A program made the translations under genes and the position numbers. A stretch of 64,000 nt of DNA. Origin: Alloascoidea hylecoeti (taxonomy: Eukaryota). Below the pieces are notes generated by a model. The model saw only the letters and a program-made list of their open reading frames with translations. It did not search any database and was not told the DNA's origin. Location of the stretch: assembly GCA_001600815.1 (NCBI GenBank), contig BCKZ01000018.1, positions 277,974-341,973 of the forward strand. The letters run 5' to 3'. This document shows positions 1 to 10,136 of this stretch, in pieces (position 1 is the stretch's first letter; each line of letters opens with the position of its first letter).

Positions 1-1
1 T

Positions 2-2191
2 GATCTATCTAATGATTTATCATGGATATCAATTGATTCTAACAACACAATGTTAGTAAAAGGTCCTTCTTCGGAGCAATCAGTTTCATTTAATGTCACT
101 ATTACAGACCTTTATGATAATGTTGTATATTTACCTTTTCACATTTCTATTGTTGATCCGGATTCATTATTCACATCTTCTATAAACATACCTACATTAA
201 ATGTAACAGTTGGTGGTTGGTTGAATTACACACTTCCTTCAGACTTAATTACTGATATCGATTCAGCCAATATATCATATTCTACTAACCCTAGTAGTGA
301 ATGGGTATCATTTAACAAATCCAATTTTACATTTTATGGCACCGTTCCATCAGATTTTTCATCAACAACCGTTACTCTTACCGCTGAACTGGATGGTAAG
401 AAAAGTACGAAATCATTCGATATAGTAGGTAAAAGTACCAGTACTACTATCAATATTACAACATCTGAACCCACAACCTCTGTACATTCAGAAAAACGTG
501 ATCATTCCAATAGAAAAACATTGGTTATATGCCTTGGTGTGATCATTCCAGTTTTTGTTTTGATCCTTCTTGGTCTCATAATTTTCTTCTGTATTAGAAG
601 AAACAAAAAACATAATAACGACTCAGATATAGAAAAATCAACGGCTGGTTCGCCTACCGCTATACGCATCAAATCAGATACAACATCAAACAATTCAGTC
701 GAAAAATCAAATAGAAATATATCTTTACCAGCTTCATCGATTGCGAAAGATTCAAATGTAGTCAATAATGCCGGAAATATTTGTAATTCTGGTGGTTCAT
801 CATCAACATTAAATGTTGACAAATTATTTGGTACACTATCTTCAAATATGTACCCAAATAAATCTAGTAATTATCGTGATGTTTTTGAAGCTAGGAGTAC
901 TGATGCTTTGATTACATCAACTGGAATACCAAATATTAGTCCGTTACCTAGTCCTGCTGTTCATAATAGGACACCATCCTTAAATAACTCTGATCATGAA
1001 CAAAATGTCGATCAAAATGCTGATCAAAATAGGGATCAAAATGGTAATCAGAATTTAAATGATGTCCAAACTTCTTATTCAAATCAAAATAACACAGTTA
1101 TTCCGAAAACTTCTTGGAGAAGAGTTACACCAGAATCAAGAAGTATTATAAATGATCGGCTATGGTCAAACCAGATCCGTGGATCAAATGCATCATTAGC
1201 AACTGTTTCGACAGATGAGTTGTTTAGTGTGAGACTTGTCAGTTCGCATGATTATAATGACACTGGTGTTGGAGAAATAAAAATTTCAACAAGTTCAATA
1301 TCTATACATCGCGATGATTTAAGTGGATTATCAGGAAATGTAAAACAATTGGACAGCTTCGGGAATGTGGTGAGGAAAGATTTATACGTAGGAAAAGATG
1401 ATATTAAAGGGTTTGCCCTAGGCATTATACCGAGTGAAACTAAAGAAGATTTTAGTGTTATCACTACTGGGGAGTCTATATTGCCTTACAAATCAGTTAC
1501 ATCACAGAATTCCACAAATTCCGATCCCAATTATGACCCAAACCTCAATGAAAATTTTGTATGTCTGGGATCTGGAAGAACATCTGCCTCATCCACCAGC
1601 TCCTGGAAAACAGAATCAGTTCAATCATCTAAAGGCCATGCCCTCAGTTCAAGTGATGGAAGTATTGGTGAATATTCTGGTGATGAAATCGAACCAGATG
1701 AGATACATAAATTGGGAAGTTCATCGAATACTCCTAAAAAGAAATCATCAATAAAATTTACAAGGGCCTCTCTAAATTCAAATCTAGAATCCGTCGCTGA
1801 AGAAAACAATATTTCTCCAGAGCAACTTCCAAAGGTACGACTCACCAAGAAATCATCATTTGGTAGAAATATAATTAAAAATGATCATGAGGCCAACGAA
1901 CCAACTATTAGGGAAAGTCCGGAGAATCGGATTTTAAAAGAATCCCGCTCAGATTCAGATGATTTCAACCAATCTGGATCATCAAATAATGATATAGCAG
2001 GATCATATGAAAATGATGATTACAAGGGTGATGATGACAAGGATGTAGAGGTCAAAAAACTTGCTTTTCCTTATGAGAATTCAGATCCGTCACTCGACTC
2101 TAAAGAGAGTTATAGGTCATTTCAGTTCCCCAAGAGAGATAATTCAACTGGTGAAAAAATAGGATCCTCGAATGCCCCGCGATATAAATGA
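2..2191 (+). CDS. AXL2: Axial budding pattern protein Axl2 (5'-truncated by the window edge)
   Basis: Frame is open back to base 2. Cadherin/Ig-like luminal repeats (WVSFNKSNFTFYGTVP), one TM helix (LVICLGVIIPVFVLILLGLIIFFCI then RRNKK), long Ser-rich tail with SLATVSTDELFSVRL. Confidence 0.85.
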   Translation, partial: DLSNDLSWISIDSNNTMLVKGPSSEQSVSFNVTITDLYDNVVYLPFHISIVDPDSLFTSSINIPTLNVTVGGWLNYTLPSDLITDIDSANISYSTNPSSEWVSFNKSNFTFYGTVPSDFSSTTVTLTAELDGKKSTKSFDIVGKSTSTTINITTSEPTTSVHSEKRDHSNRKTLVICLGVIIPVFVLILLGLIIFFCIRRNKKHNNDSDIEKSTAGSPTAIRIKSDTTSNNSVEKSNRNISLPASSIAKDSNVVNNAGNICNSGGSSSTLNVDKLFGTLSSNMYPNKSSNYRDVFEARSTDALITSTGIPNISPLPSPAVHNRTPSLNNSDHEQNVDQNADQNRDQNGNQNLNDVQTSYSNQNNTVIPKTSWRRVTPESRSIINDRLWSNQIRGSNASLATVSTDELFSVRLVSSHDYNDTGVGEIKISTSSISIHRDDLSGLSGNVKQLDSFGNVVRKDLYVGKDDIKGFALGIIPSETKEDFSVITTGESILPYKSVTSQNSTNSDPNYDPNLNENFVCLGSGRTSASSTSSWKTESVQSSKGHALSSSDGSIGEYSGDEIEPDEIHKLGSSSNTPKKKSSIKFTRASLNSNLESVAEENNISPEQLPKVRLTKKSSFGRNIIKNDHEANEPTIRESPENRILKESRSDSDDFNQSGSSNNDIAGSYENDDYKGDDDKDVEVKKLAFPYENSDPSLDSKESYRSFQFPKRDNSTGEKIGSSNAPRYK

Positions 2192-2743
2192 CAAAGAAAA
2201 TCGGTGATCAATTAATTATTAGCATTACGAAGGCCATTATATTCTTTTGGGAGTTTACACTTCTTGTATACTGATATCATTATTAGATTCTCATCACTTA
2301 CGCTCTTTAAAAATCATTTAAGCATACTGCAATGTCATGGTTTACTATCTAGTCAGGTTTTCATTTCATTTGCAATTGGTGGGATATAGGGTATTTATTT
2401 ATGTTTATGTTTATATTTATGTTTATTTTATAACTTTTTTACACGCTGTTCTGTTCTTGCTTAATTTTGTGCTTAATTTTGTGCTTTTGCTTATTTTGAA
2501 TTAACTTAAGATTTAAATTAATTTCAGTTGATATGATAAGATTTTCTTTACCCATTTATTATTATTAAGCTATTGGGGATGATACAGTGACCATACACAC
2601 AATTCAATTGAGGTCAAACATAATCGAAATCAACTCTACGGCTGGCTTTGGGGGCTTTTGTGATACGGTTTCTCCATAGATTATTATTATATTCAAACGC
2701 GTATGCATATGCACAACTTTATTCAAGCTTTGAAGGAGGTTTG

Positions 2744-2767
2744 CACGTGAAATTAGATCAAACTGTG
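2744..2767. promoter_or_regulatory. Cbf1 site plus Met31/32-type site upstream of the sulfur bZIP gene
   Basis: CACGTGA at 2744-2750 and AAACTGTG at 2760-2767, about 140 bp upstream of ATG 2901. Confidence 0.6.
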
Positions 2768-2900
2768 ACTTTCTTAACAATATTAAACCCCCAAATAATA
2801 CGATAATAGAGCCCATCGAGACTTTTATATACATATCAAATCCGCTTCCTATCTTCTTACTTTTTGCAGATATCAGAATATATATTGACCTTTCCCAATT

Positions 2901-3812
2901 ATGTCCGATTTTTTGTCTCGTTTTGACGATTTTGAATCGCTGAATCATATTTACGACGACTCTGATTTCTTCAACTCTTCTAAAACAAAGGATTCAACCA
3001 TTGTAGATTCAAAAGTCAATAATAACAAAAGAACTCAAGACTTGTCATTGTTCGAAAATACTACGTTTTTGGATTTGGATGTTATGGACGCTTCTCAAAT
3101 TTCGGTTCACGGTCAAAATCAACTGAATATTAGTTCAGACAATACTTATGTAGACAAGTTTCAACCAAGAAAGAAATTTTCTCTAAATAACCCAAGGGAT
3201 AGAGAACTCTTTTCGGAGCAACAACTACATCATGATCAATTACAGCTTCCAGCGCCAAATAGATCAAGTAACTTGTATTCTTATGATAGTAAGACGACTC
3301 AGACTCAGATTGGAGTATCTGAAGCAAATGTGGGTTCCGTCCTTGACAATATTCTAAATGACGCTTCTCTACAAGGTGATTCTCAGCAGCCTTCTCCTTT
3401 ACACATTAACTCTTTATTAAATGATTCCAAAAGTGATATTAATACTCTTCGACCATCGGAATCACCTTTCCAACCTCAAAAAGATCGCGAATTCTCTCGT
3501 TCCCCATCAGTATCTTCGAAGAGAAGAAAGAGTGCTGGTCCAACATTGGATAAAGCTCGTTTGGCTGCTGAAGAAGATAAAAGGAGACGAAATACTGCTG
3601 CTTCAGCTAGATTTAGAATCAAGAAGAAATTAAAAGAGCAAGAAATTGAGCGTACAATTGTGGCATTAACTAAGAAGACAGAAGATTATCAACACAGATT
3701 AGCAGAATTAGAAATGGAAAATAAGCTTTTAAAAAGCCTAGTTGTTGAAAAGAATAATCAAAAGAATGATGATATCGTTAATATTCTAAAGGATAGGGCA
3801 AAATCGGAATAA
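2901..3812 (+). CDS. Sulfur-metabolism bZIP transcription factor (MetR/Cys-3/Met4/Met28 family)
   Basis: C-terminal bZIP EDKRRRNTAASARFRIKKK plus leucine zipper (LEMENKLLKSL); acidic/aromatic N-terminus. Confidence 0.85.
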   Translation: MSDFLSRFDDFESLNHIYDDSDFFNSSKTKDSTIVDSKVNNNKRTQDLSLFENTTFLDLDVMDASQISVHGQNQLNISSDNTYVDKFQPRKKFSLNNPRDRELFSEQQLHHDQLQLPAPNRSSNLYSYDSKTTQTQIGVSEANVGSVLDNILNDASLQGDSQQPSPLHINSLLNDSKSDINTLRPSESPFQPQKDREFSRSPSVSSKRRKSAGPTLDKARLAAEEDKRRRNTAASARFRIKKKLKEQEIERTIVALTKKTEDYQHRLAELEMENKLLKSLVVEKNNQKNDDIVNILKDRAKSE

Positions 3813-5424
3813 ACTTATTATAAGTAAAATTTACCAGTACTGTTTTAGATTTTGTTTTGGCTATTCTTATTCATGTTAACTGTTTTTATCCCATAACTTC
3901 TTCATATATACTATTTGTTTTTTGATTTTGCTTTGTGATTTTGAGTTTAGATCTAGATTAATTAGGTATATTAAGCTAGGGAGTAATTGCAATTATTTGT
4001 ATTGGATTTATATATTAGTTGAAGTTATTATATTTATTTATAATTACCTATTTAAAATTAGTGCATTTGCATATGTTTCAAATATGTGATTTCTTCATAT
4101 ATGGCATTATGTTGCCAAACTATTAAATTGATACATATAGTCTCAGAGTTTATATTAACAATTGTATTGTATTCATAAATCTGTTTATCACTTCATTATC
4201 AGATTAAACTTATATCAATAACGAATTTGAATTTAATCATAGTACTGATATATTTGCGTGTGTCGGACTTCGTTATAGCACTAGATGCAACAACGTCAAT
4301 CAGCTTAAACTTCCTTAAAATATACTTTCTCTTTTTCGATTATAAAGACGGCAATTGCAATTAGAATATGTGCACATACATGTACACATTAAAAGTAGTG
4401 ATTATGCATGTAGTTCGACGAAGGCAGATTAACAAGAATGACTCCAATTTTCTAAGTTTGGAAATTTAGTTTATACGGTGATTGAGAGAAACGTTCCCAT
4501 TTGGTAGAAACTACTTTAACTAATCTTTCTAAATGTGTATGTTTTTTGTAGAAACAGAACGATAATATTGAATGTCTTCAAAGGATTTGTTTATTAATTT
4601 GTGTTGATATATCAGTGGATTGAATTCAAATACTTCACCATAATTGGATAAAATTATATAGATACGAATCGGTGAATTTATAATAAACCGAACTGATAAA
4701 GGTTAATAGGTATTAGTATGGCAGTGAACCGCACAATAAGGAATGCATATGGTACTTGAATCTTAACATTTAACTTAGAATTTTAAGCTCTATAATATAA
4801 CAATTTAATTAGATATTCATTGCTATCGTATAATTTGTAACTAGAATTGATTGCGCTTCCGATCAGGAAACATTTTTATAACCAGGTTTTCTATATTCAA
4901 TTGCGACCTGTGACTATAATGTTTTGTAGTTAGTTTATCTTTTTCTTCTTAATAACAAATCTCTCATCTCCACATTATTTCTGGTACTCATTATTTGTTA
5001 TCTACAATCGCTAAGTACGCGTACGTTTATAGTTAATGAACAGTGAATTTTTCAGCGAATCACACTATAAAAGTGAGGGCGCAAAATGTTTTCGTCCCTC
5101 ATGGCTTACTTAATTTTATACGCCGATACTAGGTGGTTAATTATATTAGGATCCTATTTTCGTAAATAGAAATAACCAAAACTGGTATAGCATCCCTATA
5201 ATAAGGAAGGTGTCACTATATAAATAGAACTAAGCTGATAATTCGTGTTTAGATTCGAATTAACTGTTTCATGTAGCTATTTCTTCTTTATACCTTTCTA
5301 GTTATAGCCTTAGTAAGAAAACAAAACCTCTAAATCATATTACATGTTACCCGGATTGTCGATACCCAAATTTTATAATTTATTCTTTTCGTTCGTTTCT
5401 TCACCGTTTTTCAACCTATTTAAA

Positions 5425-5929
5425 ATGTCAGGAGTTCTCGATCAAATTCTTTTGGAAGATGTATGCTCTTAAATTATTCAATATTTTCAATTGAGGTTAA
5501 AATTTCAATCTTTGATTTGAAAGAAGTGTTCCTATTAACACTCTTCTGATAGGTTGCCAAATATTGTTCTGAACCATTTATAGCATATCATAATTGTATG
5601 TCAAAGGGAGACTATAAAAAATGCACAGAAATTCAAGGGAACCTTTCAAAATGCATACAAACAGAGTACGTTGTTATATACTCCGATATCAAATTGTTTC
5701 TTATATTTACTAATTTGGAATCTTCTATTATATAAATAGAGTACCATCTTTTGTAAATATTCTATCTACTTGTAAAAGTCAAATGTCAAAATATGAGGGG
5801 TGCATAAAGAAAAACGGAATTGAATATAAAGATAAATGTGCTTCAGAATTACAGAAATTAAGGGAATGCTCTAGTAAAGTAGTTAAGGAAACTAAGCGCC
5901 CATTGAATAATACCTCGAATCCACACTAA
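5425..5929 (+). CDS. MIX14: Mitochondrial intermembrane-space twin CX9C protein Mix14/Mic14, 3 exons (5425-5460, 5553-5665, 5740-5929), 112 aa; not in ORF track
   Basis: Spliced product MSGVLDQILLEDVAKYCSEPFIAYHNCMSKGDYKKCTEIQGNLSKCIQTEVPSF...C-x9-C..C-x9-C has four CX9C motifs; introns GTATGC..AG and GTACGT..TACTAAT..TAG. Confidence 0.85.
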
Positions 5930-6138
5930 AACATATAACACTGTTAATATAAGAAACAATTACATAATTTTAAAAATATTGATGCATAATTCAAACGGAA
6001 CAGAAATAACTGGACTTTACAATTAAATACCCTAAATCGCATAAATTATGATTGAGAAGTAATATTATATTATCAACCATTTATAATCATCTGAATAAAG
6101 ACATGAAGGCATAAAACATTAATTAGAAAGTATTTATA

Positions 6139-7593
6139 TTAATGCGAAGGAGAAGAAGTAGCCTTTTCAAGATCAGCATTTGACTCAACACTAGAACTGT
6201 CATGATAATTCTTCTTAGATTTGCTCCTATAAAGGATAAACAAAAGAGAAGCCAATAGACCAAAAACAAAAATGGTAACACCAGCTCCAATTCCACCAGC
6301 GCCAGCTAACGTGAGATTAGATTTGGAAATATGGTATTTACCGTCAGCCAATTGGGTAACATTATAACCTTTTTCTTCCAATTCTTTGGCATTTGTGTAT
6401 AAATCAGAGTAGGCAGCACAGAAAGATGCTTCTGAATTACAGTAATTACACCAGGTTGAGACCTTAGACATACCGATATCAGAAACGTGGCTTTGGAAAG
6501 TAGATAATGGAATGACAGTATCATTTTCACCAAATATTCGGTAGACATTGAGAGGACCTGTTCCATTTTTAAAAGAAAATTGAACGTAATATTCATCTGA
6601 ATCATCTTTAAGAAGATCAAAAACATAAGTAGAACTATAATCAGGCAATCCAGTAAAATTGACAGAATCTTTGTGTAAATCAGTAATACCATTAATTTGC
6701 ATCATAGTGTCATATGAACCTGTAAAAAGGGATAAATAGGGAGCTCCTGTGTATCTGGTTGTATTCAATTTCTGAGAAATTGCGGAAAGAAGTGTTCTGG
6801 CTCCAATTGTTAAGCCTTCATTCTTACCTTCTTCATCAAAAGCAACACCATAGCTATATTCATCTGCCAAGGTTCTAAGTTGGAACATTGTATCGTCACT
6901 AACTAGGTTTGAATATGTTTTATTATGAATATTTCTTGTGTTGATGTAATCATATATGTTGTAGGAGTTAGCGAAATTCATCTTCCAATCTGGATACACC
7001 GACTTTGGAACGATCTGTCTGGACAAACCTTGGTAAAAAGATAACGTAGATTCATTTCTACTAGTAAAACTGTCACTCTTAAGGTATGTATTAACGGCAG
7101 TATCATATGTTGGACAAGATTCATCACCAGTAAGTCTAATATTTTCTTCTGTTTCCGATTCTTTAACGTTAATCAGCACGTATTGGTAACCGTCAAGTTC
7201 ATTTTCAAGAACGGTACCATTACTAACAGTAGAAGCGGTGACCTCACTAGCCTCGGCATCAATGCTTCCAAGGGGTGGATATAAACCTTGAAGGAATGCT
7301 AATTGGGAAAAATATACTACAGTTCCCTCTTTACTCTCTCCATAGAATTGGGAACTATTATAAACAGGATCGAAATTTTCAATCTTATACTCTGATTCAT
7401 TTCCAAAGTACCTTTCTCTGTAGAACTGACCCACTTGATACTGAGTTCTAGCTCCCAGGGGTGTTAAAATACCATTGGGTTTAGAAGTTCTGTCTCCATG
7501 TCTTCCAAATATGACTGCTCCGACGGGAGTATAGTCAATAGCAACAACAAAATTTGCCAGCCCAATCACAGTCAATATAGAAGTTAGCTTCAT
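6139..7593 (-). CDS. Membrane-anchored histidine acid phosphatase family protein
   Basis: Signal peptide, RHGDR catalytic motif, C-terminal TM helix (AGGIGAGVTIFVFGLLASLLFILY). Confidence 0.85.
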   Translation of the reverse strand: MKLTSILTVIGLANFVVAIDYTPVGAVIFGRHGDRTSKPNGILTPLGARTQYQVGQFYRERYFGNESEYKIENFDPVYNSSQFYGESKEGTVVYFSQLAFLQGLYPPLGSIDAEASEVTASTVSNGTVLENELDGYQYVLINVKESETEENIRLTGDESCPTYDTAVNTYLKSDSFTSRNESTLSFYQGLSRQIVPKSVYPDWKMNFANSYNIYDYINTRNIHNKTYSNLVSDDTMFQLRTLADEYSYGVAFDEEGKNEGLTIGARTLLSAISQKLNTTRYTGAPYLSLFTGSYDTMMQINGITDLHKDSVNFTGLPDYSSTYVFDLLKDDSDEYYVQFSFKNGTGPLNVYRIFGENDTVIPLSTFQSHVSDIGMSKVSTWCNYCNSEASFCAAYSDLYTNAKELEEKGYNVTQLADGKYHISKSNLTLAGAGGIGAGVTIFVFGLLASLLFILYRSKSKKNYHDSSSVESNADLEKATSSPSH

Positions 7594-9289
7594 AATGGTT
7601 CAATTTATCCTTAAGAAATTAGTAGATCGACAACGGAAGAAAATAAATTGAAGAGTGAATATTTGATCCTTTTATAATAAAACTTTTCGGTAATTAAGCT
7701 TATAATTAAGTTTGCTCAAATCAGATGCACACCACAGTTCCATATATTCATTAATCAAGAAAGGAAAATTAAGGTTGCCGCACAAGATCCATAATTACAA
7801 CATCATATAATAAAGCTATACCCACAAATTTAGGTCAATAAGCTCAATTTCATGATTATTCTCTTCTCATTAGGTTTGAAAATAGACTAAGGGTACGATA
7901 TAGATAGGGATCTATTAATTTGGGGGATGAATTTTTGGAAGACGATTTCCTATGATTTTAAAACAATGATTTCGGACTTGACCGATATCTTATACACCTC
8001 CAAATTCAATCCTATTTATTTATCCTTGTTCCGGATCCGATCTGTATTTGATCCACCCAATGGCAACCAAATTGGCCAAAATATCCACAACAATACATAA
8101 GAAATCACCCCTACAAAATTACTACAGATTCTTTTTTCTCCACTTTTAACTCTCAACTCTTTAAAATTCTGCATATTCAATCCATATATCCAACTTTAAA
8201 ACTAAGATAAATGTACGGGTGTTTACATACTGTAGGTGCTATCTTCACCATTGCTTTAACTCAAAATATAGCTGTAGCATCAGTCCTATTTTAGATGAAA
8301 ATGATCCTTCCATCTCAATCTTCCTTATTTCCAACTTTAATAGACAGTTCACGAGGGAATTTTAGAGAAATTCAGATTTTAAATATATTTTATGAGTGTG
8401 GTTCTTTACATTTTCCCGGATGAAAGCATAGAAAACTTCCGGAGGATATCTGTCTTATCCGACTAAAGCTATCTTCACATTTAATCAAACTTGGTGTTGA
8501 GTTCAACCCCCAATTGATTTGCTCCCTCTAATTCTTTGATGTCATAATTACGTAGAGATCTTTTTATTACCATGCTTAGTATTAGCTATATTGCAGTAGA
8601 ATTAGATCTAGAAGTACCACACATACAAATATTAATACTTATAATTGTATAAAACTTATTAATTGGTATAATTATATATCATTATTTTGATTATATTAGT
8701 ATTATTCTTCAGCCCCAATCATTGCAAATTTTAGTTCTATTCGGATGTATTTTAACTTGATGTCTGCACACAAATTCAAAACCTCAATTGAGCCCAAATT
8801 TGAAGAGAGCTTATAACGAAAAAAGAATCGAGAATAGTAGTATACGTAATTGGCAAGTCTATAGTAAAGCCCTTTGGTAGAGATCTATCCGAACTTTCAT
8901 CAATAAACAATTATAAGCCGATCGGGGGACCTTACAATATACGTTATCACCTATACTATTTTTCATCCTTCCAATTGTCAAATTGTAAAACAAGGAAAAT
9001 GAACAATATATTTAGATACACAAAATAGGTAGTATTTCTTTTTATTATACAACACACATGAAGAATTATATCATCAAATAGGTATACGCATCTAAAAATT
9101 GGTAGTGCAATATTTGGTAACTCCTTCTTATATTTCTAGTGAATAATAATAGTTCGGAAAGACGTTTAAAAAATATATTAATAAGTTGTAGAACATATGC
9201 TATTGATAATAATTAACATGGTACAAAACAAATTTTGATACAATTGATATATTCTTAAACATATAAAACGTGAATTAGGGCAGTATAAT

Positions 9290-9833
9290 TTATCGGCTGT
9301 ATGACCAGACGTTCTTCAACAAACCATCTTGTTGAGCCAATCTGTTCAAAGAGTCATCAGCTTCACCACGGGATCTAATATATCCAGACAAAATGTATGT
9401 GGTGTTATCATTTGGAATAACGTGTCCTTCTTCGTCAACATTGGCAATGTTAATTTGAACAGAGGCATGGTCTTTTGCCTTAATGATACGGTTTGTAGCA
9501 GAACATTTGCGTGGAACGTAAAGTTCAACCTATAGAAGGATTTGTTAGAAGTTGAATAGAGCAAAAAAAAAAAAAACATTCAGTGAACAAGGAAGGGCAA
9601 CTGCTTAAAATTAACAGGTTGTTTAGTCTCAAATTAATGGAATCTAAGCATAAATCATTATTTCCAAATGCGAGTTGTAAGTTTTTTGCGATATAGACTA
9701 TAAATGTTTGATTCCTTTAGTAAATATTGATATCAGTGTTGCTGTTGCCCTTTCAAATTCAAGAATATATAAAATGCCGTATAGGATTATTGTTTTATTT
9801 GTAACATACGAGGGCACCCTTTTCGTTTTCCAT
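9290..9833 (-). CDS. RPS21: 40S ribosomal protein eS21, 2 exons (9833-9810, 9529-9290), 87 aa
   Basis: Spliced [35 protein letters not shown]...[25 protein letters not shown]; intron GTATGT..CTAAC..TAG. Confidence 0.97.
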
Positions 9834-10021
9834 TATTGATTATTGATTTGGTTAATTTGTGAAGTATGTTGATGACAATATTAAGTCAGAACTGCGATTA
9901 GCTGAGAGCTTTCCAGTCTGAAATTAACTCTAGAACCCTGTATACCTCAGAACTGCGATGGACTGCTATTCCCAATCGGGACGACACATTGTATTTCTGC
10001 CCTAATATTTACTGTACCACA

Positions 10022-10029
10022 TCACGTGA
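10022..10029. promoter_or_regulatory. Palindromic Cbf1 site in the RPS21/KCS1 divergent promoter
   Basis: TCACGTGA at 10022-10029. Confidence 0.55.
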
Positions 10030-10136
10030 TGCAACACATCAGCAGTTTGCGTTTGTTTGCATTTTTTATTTTGTTTGTTTTAACCTTCTAATCTACTGAG
10101 ATTTGTCATGATTTTGCACAACTAAGTACATTCACT

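Noticed and set aside
997..1058. Short tandem repeats (DQNx in AXL2; also 2395-2486, the MAK21 Lys repeats and 58837-58872)
   Set aside because: Ordinary slippage repeats; no spacer structure, and nothing CRISPR-like in this eukaryotic DNA.
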